Origin: Candidatus Eiseniibacteriota bacterium | GTDB taxonomy: Bacteria > Eisenbacteria > RBG-16-71-46 | Direction: 5' to 3' | Assembly (NCBI GenBank): GCA_044222065.1 | Contig: JBGAOA010000043.1 | Coordinates: forward strand, 1-35,265 | DNA: 35,265 nt | Shown: piece by piece, positions 8,887 through 20,548 of the stretch | Numbering within the stretch: the stretch's first letter is position 1 | How the letters are laid out: every line of letters begins with the position of its first letter | The notes under the pieces: generated by a model | The model's database searches: none | Told to the model about the DNA's origin: nothing | What the model saw: only the letters and a program-made list of their open reading frames with translations | Translations under genes and position numbers: made by a program

Positions 8887-11682
8887 ATGAAGCGCATCGC
8901 TCCGCTGCTCGCCGTCGCGCTGCTCGCGTTCGGACTCGCGGCCCTGCCACCGCGGCTCGCCTCGCGCGTGCAGGACGTCACCGACTTCGTCCACTTCGAG
9001 AGCCCGCACGTCCACCCCGCGTGCCTCACGCCCTCGGGCGCGCGGCTGCTCGTCGTGAACACGCCCGACGCGCGCCTCGCCGTGTTCGACCTGACGGGCG
9101 CGACGCCGCGCCGCATCGCCGAGATCCCGGTCGGCCTCGAGCCCGTGTCGGTCGCGGCGCTCGACGACTCGACCGCGTGGGTCGTGAACCAATTGTCGGA
9201 CGACGTGAGCGTCGTGAACCTGAACACGCTCGCGACGCGCGCGAGCGTGCGCGTCGGCGACGAGCCGTGGGACGTCGTGTTCGCCGCCGGCTCGGCGTAC
9301 GTGAGCGTGGGGCAGGAGGACGTCGTGCGCGTCTACGACTCGGGAACGCTCGCGCTGCAGAAGACGATCGCGATCCCGGGCCGCCAGCCGCGCGCGCTCG
9401 CGCGCAACGCCGCCGGCACGCTCGTCTACGCCGCGGTGTTCCACGCCGGCAACCGCACGTCGGTGCTGGCAGAGAGCGAAGTGCCGAACGACTCGATGCC
9501 GCCCGCGAGCCCTTCGCCGCCCGATTCGATCGGGCTCATCGCGCCGAACGTCGGGCTCATCATCCGGCAGCAGCCGAACGGCACCTGGGCCGACGAGAGC
9601 GGGAAGACGTGGAACCACAAGGCGAAATATTCGCTCGCCGAAGTGGACGTGGCCGAGCTCTCGACCGCGACGCGCGCGATCGCGCGCACGTTCGGCGACC
9701 TCGGCACGGTGAACTTCGGGCTCGCGGTCGCCGCCGACGGCCGCATCGCGACGACCGGCACCGAGGCGCGCAACCTCGTGCGCTTCGAGCCGAACGTGCG
9801 CGGCCACCTCGTGGACACGCGCGTGTCGTTCGTCGCGCCGTCGGGCGCGACGACGATCCGCTCGCTCGACCCCGACGCGAACTACGCCGTCACGCCGGGC
9901 CCGCAGGCCGAGCGCGACTCGGCGGTCGGCATCCCGATGTGCGTCGCGTGGTCCGCGGACGGCCAGCGCGCCTACGTCACGTCGCTCACGAGCGACCGTC
10001 TCGCGGTCGTCGATCCGAACGCTGGCGCCGACGCGATCGTCGCGCGCGTGCCGACGGTCGCGGGCCCGAGCGCGGTCGTCGAGGACGCCGCGCGCGGCCG
10101 GCTCTACGTGGTCGGCCGCTTCCGCAACCAGCTCCAGACGCTGTCGGCGGCGACGCTCCAGCCGCTCCACACGATCGGCATCGGCTTCGATCCGACGCCC
10201 GACGCGATCGTGAACGGGCGGAAGTTCTTCTACGGCGGCTTCACGTCGGGCCACGGCGACCAGGCGTGCGCGACGTGCCACGTGTCCGGCGATTTCGACG
10301 CGATCGCGTGGGACCTGGGCGATCCGCTCGGACACACGCAGGCGTCGCCGCCGGGCATGCTCGATCCGCTGCTCGAGGGCTTCCACCCGATGAAGGGCCC
10401 GATGACGACGCAGACGCTGCGCGGACTCAACGGCACGGGGCGGCTCCACTGGCGCGCGGACCGCGCGAACCTCGACGCGTTCAACGGCGCGTTCGTGAGC
10501 CTGATGGGCCGCGGCGCGCAGCTGCCGGACAGCGAGATGGCGGCGTTCGACGCGTTCACGCTCGCGCTCGTGAATCCGCCGAACCCGAACCAGCGCCTCG
10601 ACCGCGGCTTCGCGGACGCGCCGCCCGGCCAGCCGAGTGCGGCGCGCGGGCAGGCGTTCTACCTGAACGCGATCGTGGACGGCCCGCTGCGCTGCAACGA
10701 CTGTCACACCGCGACGAACTTCGGTCCCGGCACGAACGGTCAGATCATCGACGACGCGGCGCTGCTCGAGGATCAGGACATCAAGGTGCCGCAGTTGCGG
10801 AATCTCTATCGCAAGACCGGATTCCGCGATTCGATCGGGCTCGTCGTGAAGCGCGGCTTCGGCTACCTGCACGACGGCTCGATGGACAACCTGTTCGACT
10901 TCCTGCGCATTCCGGTCTTCAACTTCGGCGTTGGGCCGGCGGCCGACGCGAACCGGCGCGACGTCGAGTCGTTCCTGCTCGCGTTCGACACCGGCATGGC
11001 GCCGGCCGTCGGCTTCCAGCTGACGTTCTTCGGCGCGAACAACTCGGACGCGCCCGCGATCGCGCGGCTCGACACGCTGAAGGCCCAGGCCGCGCTCAAC
11101 TACTGCGACCTCGTCGCGAAGGGGCGCCGCGCCGGGCAGCCGCGCGGCTGGCTGTACCTCGGCGCGGACGCGTGGAAGAGCGACAAGGCCGGCGAGCCGA
11201 ACGTCACGACGGCGGCGCTGCGCGGCTTCGGCGGCGCCGGCGGCGAGATCACGATCACGGGCGTTCCCGACGGCACCGGGCAGCGCGCCGGGCTCGACCG
11301 CGACCGCGACGGCTACCTGGATGGCGACGAACTCGACGCGGGCAGCGACCCCGGCAATCCGCTCTCGACGCCGCTGAATGCCGGCGTCGAGGAGGGCGCG
11401 CGCGCGTTCGCGCTGCGCGCGATCGCCCCGAACCCGTTCCGCGACGCGATCGAGGTGCAGTTCACGCTCGGCGCGCGCAGCCGCGTCGACTTCGCCGTGT
11501 ACGACGTGCTCGGCCGCGAGGTGCGGTCGGTCGCGAACGGACTCGTGCTCGAAGCGGGCCCGCAGTCGCTGCGCTGGGACGGCCGCGACCGTTCGGGCGC
11601 GCGCGCGCCCGCGGGCGTGTACTTCGCGCGCGTCGTCACCGACGGCGGCCGCTGGACGCGCGCGATCGTGCGCGTGAGGTGA
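8887..11682 (+). CDS. Secreted beta-propeller + diheme CcP/MauG-like + FlgD-Ig protein (paralog 2, 931 aa)
   Basis: Colinear with 5961-8780 (shared DFVHFESPHVHP, IVNGRKFFYGGFTS, FHPMKGPM, KVPQLRNLYRKTGFRD); CATCH (10267-10281) and CNDCH (10693-10707). Confidence 0.85.
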   Translation: MKRIAPLLAVALLAFGLAALPPRLASRVQDVTDFVHFESPHVHPACLTPSGARLLVVNTPDARLAVFDLTGATPRRIAEIPVGLEPVSVAALDDSTAWVVNQLSDDVSVVNLNTLATRASVRVGDEPWDVVFAAGSAYVSVGQEDVVRVYDSGTLALQKTIAIPGRQPRALARNAAGTLVYAAVFHAGNRTSVLAESEVPNDSMPPASPSPPDSIGLIAPNVGLIIRQQPNGTWADESGKTWNHKAKYSLAEVDVAELSTATRAIARTFGDLGTVNFGLAVAADGRIATTGTEARNLVRFEPNVRGHLVDTRVSFVAPSGATTIRSLDPDANYAVTPGPQAERDSAVGIPMCVAWSADGQRAYVTSLTSDRLAVVDPNAGADAIVARVPTVAGPSAVVEDAARGRLYVVGRFRNQLQTLSAATLQPLHTIGIGFDPTPDAIVNGRKFFYGGFTSGHGDQACATCHVSGDFDAIAWDLGDPLGHTQASPPGMLDPLLEGFHPMKGPMTTQTLRGLNGTGRLHWRADRANLDAFNGAFVSLMGRGAQLPDSEMAAFDAFTLALVNPPNPNQRLDRGFADAPPGQPSAARGQAFYLNAIVDGPLRCNDCHTATNFGPGTNGQIIDDAALLEDQDIKVPQLRNLYRKTGFRDSIGLVVKRGFGYLHDGSMDNLFDFLRIPVFNFGVGPAADANRRDVESFLLAFDTGMAPAVGFQLTFFGANNSDAPAIARLDTLKAQAALNYCDLVAKGRRAGQPRGWLYLGADAWKSDKAGEPNVTTAALRGFGGAGGEITITGVPDGTGQRAGLDRDRDGYLDGDELDAGSDPGNPLSTPLNAGVEEGARAFALRAIAPNPFRDAIEVQFTLGARSRVDFAVYDVLGREVRSVANGLVLEAGPQSLRWDGRDRSGARAPAGVYFARVVTDGGRWTRAIVRVR

Positions 11683-11717
11683 GGGCCCGCGCCGGGGTGC
11701 ACGGCGTTGCGCCCCGG

Positions 11718-11726
11718 TGCTAGATT
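11718..11726 (+). promoter_or_regulatory. Extended -10 element (TGcTAGATT), probably giving a leaderless mRNA
   Basis: Ends 9 nt before ATG 11736; no SD sequence between. Confidence 0.5.
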
Positions 11727-11735
11727 CGCGGCGTC

Positions 11736-14120
<2,385 letters not shown>

Positions 14121-14126
14121 ACGCGC

Positions 14127-14159
14127 GCGGGCGGCGCGCGGGATCCGCGCACCGCCCGC
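14127..14159. terminator. Hairpin between convergent genes (probable terminator)
   Basis: GCGGGCGGCGCGCGG-GAT-CCGCGCACCGCCCGC, 15-bp stem with one mismatch (G.U on the minus strand); no U tract. Confidence 0.5.
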
Positions 14160-14175
14160 CGCCGTCGCGACTCCG

Positions 14176-15384
14176 CTACCGCGCCACCGCCCCCATGACC
14201 TCGTCCAGGCAGCGCTCGATCGTGTCCGCGGTGCGCTCGATCTCCTGGTCGAGGCCGATCGAGAAGCGGATCAGCCCTTCGCTCAAGCCCATCGCGAGGC
14301 GTTCCTCGATCGGGATCTCGGACGACGTGCTGTGGCCCGGGGCGCTGAAGAGCGTCTTGAAGTAGCCGAGGCTCACGGCGAGGTAGCCGACCTTCTCCTG
14401 CTGCATGCGCACCATGAGACGGTTCGCGTTCTCGAGCGTGCCGACGTCGAGCGCGAGCATGCCGCCGAAGCCGAAGCCGTGGTTCATGAGCTTGTGCATG
14501 CGGTCGTGGTGCGGATGGTGCGCGAGGCCCGGGTAGTGGACGCGAAGCCCCCGCTTCTCGAAGCGCGCCGCGAGCCGCATGGCGTTGTCGCCGTGGCGGC
14601 GCATGCGGATGTGCAGCGTGTGCAGGTTCTTCAGGATGCTCGCCGCGCGCAGGCTGTCGAGCACCGGACCGAGCAGCATGGACGGTCCCGCGTTCACGTC
14701 GTTGAGCTTCGCGATGAAGTCGTGCGTCGAGACGACGCAGCCCGCGACGCAGTCGCTCGTGCCGTTGATGAACTTCGTCATGCTGTGCACGACGACGTCG
14801 GCGCCGTGACGGAGCGGCGACAGGATCATCGGGCTGAACGTGTTGTCCACGACGAACCGCGCGCCGTGCTCGTGGGCGAGTGCTGCGAGCGCGGGCAGGT
14901 CGGCGACCTCGAGCAGCGGATTGCTGATGCTCTCGGCGTAGATCACGCGCGTCCTCGGCGTGATCGCGGCGCGCACGGCCGCGGCGTCGCTCGTGTCCAC
15001 GAAGCGCGTCGTGATTCCGAAGCGCGGCAGCAGGTTCTTCATGAGCGCGTACGTGCCGCCGTAGATCGTCCTCCCGGCGACGATCTCGTCACCGGCGGAG
15101 CACAGCGCGAGCAGCGTCGTCGAGATCGCGCCCATGCCGGACGCCATCACCTGCGCGCACTCGCCGTCCTCCATGCGCGCGAGCGCGTCGGCGAGGAACT
15201 TGTTCGTGGGGTTCCAGTGGCGCGAGTAGAGGAAGCAGCCCTCGATCTCGTGCTCGAACGACTCGGCCATGCGCTCCGGCGAGAGGAACGTGTAGGTGGA
15301 CGAGTCGGTGATGGACGGATTGACGTCGCCGAACTCCCCGAACACGAGGAAGTCCTGGACGCGGGTCGCAGGGTCGAAGGTCAT
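14176..15384 (-). CDS. PLP-dependent methionine gamma-lyase / Cys-Met metabolism family enzyme
   Basis: YSRHWNPT, ASGMGAI, YGGT, ESISNP, DNTF, HSMTKFING (PLP lysine), AVSLG and IRFSIG; GGAGA RBS. Confidence 0.9.
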   Translation of the reverse strand: MTFDPATRVQDFLVFGEFGDVNPSITDSSTYTFLSPERMAESFEHEIEGCFLYSRHWNPTNKFLADALARMEDGECAQVMASGMGAISTTLLALCSAGDEIVAGRTIYGGTYALMKNLLPRFGITTRFVDTSDAAAVRAAITPRTRVIYAESISNPLLEVADLPALAALAHEHGARFVVDNTFSPMILSPLRHGADVVVHSMTKFINGTSDCVAGCVVSTHDFIAKLNDVNAGPSMLLGPVLDSLRAASILKNLHTLHIRMRRHGDNAMRLAARFEKRGLRVHYPGLAHHPHHDRMHKLMNHGFGFGGMLALDVGTLENANRLMVRMQQEKVGYLAVSLGYFKTLFSAPGHSTSSEIPIEERLAMGLSEGLIRFSIGLDQEIERTADTIERCLDEVMGAVAR

Positions 15385-15461
15385 GGCCGTTCTCCGCGTT
15401 GCGAGCGAGCGGCGCCATGGTAGCCCCGCGGCGGGGGCTCACGGAAACGCGTGCGATCCGC

Positions 15462-16136
15462 TCAGCGGTTCTCGGCGGTCTCCGGAAGCAGCGGCGTCAC
15501 GACGACGTTGTCGTAGTACACCGTGCACTGGCCGACGCCGCCGGTGTAGGCCGGCAGCGCGATGCGGCCGTTCGGCCGCGCGCGGCGCGAGTCCACGCGC
15601 TCGAGCGTCAGTTCGCCGTTCACGAACACGCGGTAGGCGTGTCCGCGCGCCTCGACGCGAACGTGGTGCCACATGCCGTTCGCGTTCAGCACCGGCGCGC
15701 GCCCCATCGGCCACTCGCGGCGCTGCAACACGACGTCCTGATAGCCGGGGCCGCGCAGGTCCACGGCGATGCCGCTCTCGGAGTCCACGCGCACGACGAC
15801 GCCCTTGTCCACGCCGCGCATCTGGCACACGTCGAGGTCCACCGCGAGATCGGTCCACGCCGGGTCGCCCGCGTAGATGAACGAGCGCTCCTGTTTCGCG
15901 TCCGGGAGGTCGGCGCGCAGGAAGCCGCGCGTCACGCTCCACACGCCTTCGCGGTCGGTGATCCAGTGCTTGAGGCCCTGCGAGAAATCGTCGGCGAACA
16001 GCGCGTCCGCCGGCGGCGCGAAGCGCGGCGACGGCGTCGGCAGCGCGAAGCGCACCGTGTCCGCCGTCGCTCCGAGGCAGAGCGCGGCCGAAAGCAGGAA
16101 GAGTCCCCGCCGGATGCCGGTTGGTTTCAGGCGCAT
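15462..16136 (-). CDS. Secreted DUF1080 / LamG-like beta-sandwich protein
   Basis: Signal peptide, LFADDFS..L..W, W.V..G, WHHVRVEARG...VFVNG, GRIAL and YDNVVV pattern; start could also be 16160. Confidence 0.7.
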   Translation of the reverse strand: MRLKPTGIRRGLFLLSAALCLGATADTVRFALPTPSPRFAPPADALFADDFSQGLKHWITDREGVWSVTRGFLRADLPDAKQERSFIYAGDPAWTDLAVDLDVCQMRGVDKGVVVRVDSESGIAVDLRGPGYQDVVLQRREWPMGRAPVLNANGMWHHVRVEARGHAYRVFVNGELTLERVDSRRARPNGRIALPAYTGGVGQCTVYYDNVVVTPLLPETAENR

Positions 16137-16317
16137 TTCGAGTGGCGCGGCCCGCGACAACGGTGCCCGAGTCCGCGGCTCCGTCCGTTATCGGCGCGTC
16201 AAAGCCGGTTCCCAAGGGCGCGATTCGCCGCGCCGGGCGCGCCCGCGCAGGCGTTCCGCGTTCCGGCGAGTCGCGCGGACGCATCCGGGCGCCCCCGTCG
16301 TTGCGGCGCGTGCGCGC

Positions 16318-17942
16318 TCAGAAGCGCCAGCTGAGCGCCGCCGTGGCCTGGAAGAGGTCGTTCGTGCCGCCCTGGTCGCGCTCGAACGAGCCGTTCAGGA
16401 ACCAGCGCCGCGCGATCAGCAGATCGCCGTCGGCCCCGTACCAGGTCACGGTCTCGGTGAGGCCCGCCTCGAAGCTCTGCGTCACGCGCCGTCCGGCGTC
16501 CACGCCGACGTTGAGCACCGAGACGGGCTGGGCCGAGAGGCTCATCGTCCACAGCGAGCTGCGCGACGGGTCGCTGTCGTAGAGCGAGAAACGCGAACGC
16601 AGCGAGACCGCGCGGCTCGTGAGTCCGTCCAGCGAACCGCCGACGGACCACGTGTTCGAGCGGTCGCTCTCGCTGCCCGCGCGCAGCCGCATGTCGCCGT
16701 CCAGGTGCAGGTGCCGTCCGAACTCGAGCGCCGAGCCGACCCAGCCGCCGGAGCGGTAGCGGTCGTCGAACTGGGTCGCGGGCGTCTCGCGGTCGCGCCA
16801 CAGCCGCACGTTGCGGCGTGTGTCGTAGCCCGCGCGCAGCGACCACCCCTTCACGACGTCGTAGCGGCCGAACGCGAACGCGCTCGTCGCCTCGAACGCG
16901 CTGTGGCCGGGCTGGCGGCGCCAGCCGCGATACCAGTCGAACTCCTGCGCGACGTACGCCGAACCGCGCTTCGACATCCAGTCCGCCTGGGCGAACAGGA
17001 AGTCGCGGTTCACCTCGCCGCGGTGCGTCGAGGTGACGGCGCCGAGCGTGAACGCCTTGCGGTCCACGCCGTGGTAGGAGCGGGCCGACGCATAGAGCCC
17101 GTGCTGCAGGATCTCGCTCGAGAAGCCGTCCGTTTCGGGATCGGGCTGAGTGCCGCTGAAGAGGCCGCCGGACCAGATGCCCGACGTCGCCTCGGCGAGC
17201 GCGCCGTCGAACACGCTCACGCTCGCGAGCGTCGGCGACACCTGCCGGCCGAGCGTCATGCGCTTGTGGCTCTGCGCGTCGTGCAGCGAGAGCGACGCGC
17301 GATAGATGCGGGTCGAGTTGTCGCTCACGAGGCTGCCGTCGCTCTGCGTGCGCGTGCTGCGCCGTGCGCGCACGTCCACGCCGAAGTCGAGGCCCGAGCC
17401 GCCGAGGTTCACGCCGTCCACGCGCGCGTCCACGGACGGCTGCTTCAGGTCCCCGGCGCCGCCGGCGCCGGCGTCGATCCACAGCATGCGCGCGCCGAGC
17501 CGGCCGCGGATCGGAGCCACGCGCCGCGCGGGGCGAGGCGCCGCGGGCTTCGCCGCGACGAGCACGCGAGCCGTGTCGGGCTTCGCGGCCGAGGCGTTCC
17601 CACGACGTACGAGACGAGGTCGCCGACCGCGGCGGGCTCCACGAGCGCCAGCGTGTCGCACGACGCGCGGTGCGACGACACGAACGTCACCCGCAGCGCG
17701 CCGATCTCGCGACCCTGCCGCATCAGCCGGACGGTGTCGCCTTCGGAGATGCCGTCGAGACTGCCAGCGTCCACGTAGACGGACGCGCCGGTGAGGAACG
17801 AAACCTTCGCGAGCGCCGTGCGGCGCACGAGCTTCGCGAGCGAGTCCGCGTGCGCCGACGGTTCGAGCGGGCGCGCGGCGTGCGCCGGCACGGCGAGCAG
17901 GGCGAGGAGCAGGAACGGCAGCAGGCGTCGCGGCAAGGTCAC
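16318..17942 (-). pseudogene. Outer-membrane beta-barrel protein with N-terminal FlgT-C-like domain, interrupted by a 1-nt frameshift near 17600 (sequence error or true lesion)
   Basis: GTG 17942 overlaps the cytochrome stop and encodes a signal peptide and domain (VTLPRRLLPFLLLALLAVPAHA...GDLVSYVV) in one frame. The barrel (alternating strands, C-terminal ALSWRF) is in another frame. Adding one G to the GGG at 17599-17601 gives a single 541-aa ORF. Confidence 0.8.
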
Positions 17943-20548
17943 ACCCTCGGATGGCACGAATAGCAGGCGGCGCTGTTGTACTGGTAGTTGCGCACGCCGC
18001 CGTGATTGGAGTCCGTCTGGGTCTTGCTGCTGTGCGGATGACACGCCAGGCAGTTGAACTGACGGAAGTCGGTCGCGACCGTGTGGCACTCGATGCAGCG
18101 CGTCCATCGGGCGCGGTGCCGGCCCGAGTAGATGCGGAAGTACTGCGTGTCGTGGTTCCACGTGGACGGCGCCCACGCGGTCGTCGTGTGGCACGACTGG
18201 CACGTGTTCGGGAAGCCGGCCGACGGGTGGTTCGGGTTCGTCGCGGCGTTGTAGTCCGTCTGATGGCACGACACGCACGCCGTGCTCTTGCCGTCGAACA
18301 CGTTGTCCGCGTGGCACGTCATGCACGCGACCGCGACGTGCGCGCCCGTGAGCGGGAACGATGTCGTGTTGTGGTTGAACGACGCGCCGCTCCAGGTCGC
18401 CGTGCCGTGGCAGTTCTGGCACGCGGTCGGGAATCCGGCCGCGACGTGGTTCGGGTTCGTGACGCCGTTGTAGTCCTGCTGGTGGCACGAGACGCACAGC
18501 GTGCTCTTGCCGTTGTAGACGTTGTCCGCGTGGCAGCTGTTGCACGCGAGCGGCACGTGCGCGCCCGTGAGCGGGAACGACGTCGTGGAGTGGTTGAACG
18601 TGCCGCCGACCCACGTCGTCGTGTTGTGGCACGACTGGCAGGCGGTCGAGAACGCGGCCGCGACGTGGTTCGGATTCGTGGCGCCGTTGAAGTCGCTCTG
18701 ATGGCAGGATGCGCACAGCGTGCTCTTGCCGTCGTACACGCCGTCGCCGTGGCAGCTCGAGCACGAGGCGCTCACGTGCGCGCCCGTGAGCGGGAAGCTC
18801 GTCGCGTTGTGATTGAACGACGCCGGACTCCACGCCATCGTCGTGTGGCAGCCCTGGCACGTCGTCGGGAAGCCCGAGTGGCTCGGCGCGGTCGCGCCGT
18901 TGTAGTCGGTCTGGTGGCACGAGACGCACGTCGTGCTCTTGCCGTTGAAGACGTTGTCGCCGTGACAGCTGTTGCACGCGAGCGGCACGTGCGCCCCCGA
19001 GAGCGGGAACGACGTCGTGTTGTGGTTGAACGTGCCGCCGTCCCACGCGGTCGTCGTGTGGCACGTCTGGCAGGCGTTCGAGAAGCCGGCGGCCGTGTGG
19101 TTGGGATTCGTGGCGCCGTTGAAGTCGGTCTGGTGGCACGACGCGCACGCGGTGCTCTTGCCGTTGTAGACGCCGTCGCCGTGGCAGGCGAGGCACGCGG
19201 TCGTGCGGTGCGCGCCCGTCAGCGGGAAGCTCGTTCGCGAGTGGTCGAACGTCGCGCCGCTCCAGTTGATCGTCGAGTGGCAGTCGGCGCAGGTGGTCGG
19301 GAAGCCGGAGTGGCTCGGGTTCGTCGCGCCGCTGTAGTCCGTCTGGTGGCACGACAGGCACGCGGTGCTCTTGCCCGCGAACACGCCGTCGCCGTGGCAG
19401 CTCACGCACGAGGCGCTCGTGTGCGCGCCCGTGAGCGCCCAGCCGGTCGTCGCGTGGTCGAACGACGCGCCCGTCCACGTCGCGGTCGAGTGGCAGCTCT
19501 GGCACGTCACCGGGAACGCCGCCGCCTGGTGGGGCGGATTCGTCGTCGCGTTGTACTCGGTCTGGTGGCACGACGCGCACGCGGCGCTCTTGCCGCGGTA
19601 GACGCCGTCGCCGTGGCAGTCGAGGCAGCGCTGGTTCGCGTGCGCGCCGGTGAGCGGCCAGCCCGTCGTCGCGTGGTCGAACGACGCGCCCGCCCACGAC
19701 GCGGTGCCGTGGCAGTCCTGGCAGGTCATCGGGTAGCCGGCGCCCGTGTGGCTCGGATTCGTCGTGCCGTTGTAGTCGGTCTGATGGCACGAGGCGCACG
19801 CCGTGCTCTTGCCCGCGAACACGCCGTCGCCGTGGCAGCTCTGGCAGGCGGTCGTGCGGTGCGCGCCCGTGAGCGGGAACGCCGTGCGGTTGTGGTCGAA
19901 CTTCGACGTGTTCCACGAGAGCGTGTTGTGGCACGTCTCGCACTCGAGCGGATAGCTGCCGGCCGCGTGATCGGGGTTCTTCGCCGCGTCGTAGTTCGAG
20001 CGGTGGCACGTCACGCACGCCGCGGCCGTGCCGACGAAGCGGTTCTGGCCCTGCGCCGTCGGCTTGTGGCACGACTCGCACTCGATGCCCGCGTGGCTGC
20101 CCGTGAGCGGGAAGCGCGTCGTCTGGTGCGCGCGGACCATCGGGCCGCGCTCGGTGAAGCTCTTGTCCCCGTGGCAGCGCGCGCACTCGGTGCCCAGCTC
20201 GCCGCGGTGCGGGTCCTCGTGGCAGGTCACGCACTGCGTCTTGCTCTGCGCGAAGTCGAGCGAGCCGTGGCACGACAGGCACGGCGTGCCCGCGTGCGCG
20301 CCGCCGAGCGCGAAGCCGTACTTCTCGTGCTTGAAATCGGGGCTGATGCGCGCCGGCTTCCAGCTCTTCGCCGAGTGACAGCTCGCGCACGGTTCCTTGA
20401 TCGGCCCGTGCGGATTCTCGACCCGCGGCTTCAGGGCCGCGACCGACTGCGCGGCGAGCACCGCGAACGGCAGCAGCAGGAGCAGCGCGGCGGCGATTTG
20501 CCGGACGCGCGCGGCGCGGGGCGTGGGGTCAGATCCGGATCGCAGCAC
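17939..20548 (-). CDS. 34-heme c-type cytochrome built from tandem triheme repeats, 869 aa
   Basis: 34 CxxCH motifs counted; Sec signal peptide without lipobox; GAGGTG RBS before GTG 20548. Confidence 0.95.
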   Translation of the reverse strand: MLRSGSDPTPRAARVRQIAAALLLLLPFAVLAAQSVAALKPRVENPHGPIKEPCASCHSAKSWKPARISPDFKHEKYGFALGGAHAGTPCLSCHGSLDFAQSKTQCVTCHEDPHRGELGTECARCHGDKSFTERGPMVRAHQTTRFPLTGSHAGIECESCHKPTAQGQNRFVGTAAACVTCHRSNYDAAKNPDHAAGSYPLECETCHNTLSWNTSKFDHNRTAFPLTGAHRTTACQSCHGDGVFAGKSTACASCHQTDYNGTTNPSHTGAGYPMTCQDCHGTASWAGASFDHATTGWPLTGAHANQRCLDCHGDGVYRGKSAACASCHQTEYNATTNPPHQAAAFPVTCQSCHSTATWTGASFDHATTGWALTGAHTSASCVSCHGDGVFAGKSTACLSCHQTDYSGATNPSHSGFPTTCADCHSTINWSGATFDHSRTSFPLTGAHRTTACLACHGDGVYNGKSTACASCHQTDFNGATNPNHTAAGFSNACQTCHTTTAWDGGTFNHNTTSFPLSGAHVPLACNSCHGDNVFNGKSTTCVSCHQTDYNGATAPSHSGFPTTCQGCHTTMAWSPASFNHNATSFPLTGAHVSASCSSCHGDGVYDGKSTLCASCHQSDFNGATNPNHVAAAFSTACQSCHNTTTWVGGTFNHSTTSFPLTGAHVPLACNSCHADNVYNGKSTLCVSCHQQDYNGVTNPNHVAAGFPTACQNCHGTATWSGASFNHNTTSFPLTGAHVAVACMTCHADNVFDGKSTACVSCHQTDYNAATNPNHPSAGFPNTCQSCHTTTAWAPSTWNHDTQYFRIYSGRHRARWTRCIECHTVATDFRQFNCLACHPHSSKTQTDSNHGGVRNYQYNSAACYSCHPRV
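18161..19900 (-). repeat. Intragenic tandem array of eight 213-219 bp (71-73 aa) triheme units
   Basis: Unit F[DN]H..T.[FW]PLTGAH....CxxCH.D.V..GKST.CxxCHQ.D[YF]N..TNP.H...CxxCH....W; 6x73 + 2x71 aa = 580 aa = 1740 nt. Confidence 0.95.

Noticed and set aside
5756..9227. Very long alternative-frame and antisense ORFs here and throughout the window (e.g. 5756-8890 +, 5877-9227 -, 17951-20782 +)
   Set aside because: Arg/Ala/Pro-rich shadow ORFs are expected in very GC-rich DNA; they have no motifs and overlap well-supported genes.
5961..11682. Hydrazine synthase beta/gamma fusion (anammox)
   Set aside because: Only the architecture is similar; no alpha subunit or other anammox genes are in the window, and the proteins carry FlgD-type tails.
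11696..11710. GGTGCACGGCGTTGC as a sigma-54 promoter for the ATPase
   Set aside because: GG-to-GC spacing is 11 rather than 10; the extended -10 explains the region better.
16154..16168. Possible sigma-54 site GGGCAC-CGTTG-TCGC upstream of the DUF1080-like gene
   Set aside because: It has mismatches in both elements, and such matches arise easily by chance in GC-rich DNA.
17590..17610. Programmed ribosomal frameshift or phase-variable tract
   Set aside because: There is only a 3-G run, with no X XXY YYZ slippery heptamer or long homopolymer; a simple indel is more parsimonious.
18161..19900. Regular repeats that might be a CRISPR array
   Set aside because: Units are 213-219 bp, in frame, diverge at synonymous sites and encode heme motifs; there are no unique spacers or cas genes.
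17445..20390. 981-aa ORF as a real protein
   Set aside because: It is mostly a shadow of the 34-heme gene; only 17942 to about 17600 is coding, as the N-terminus of the frameshifted barrel.
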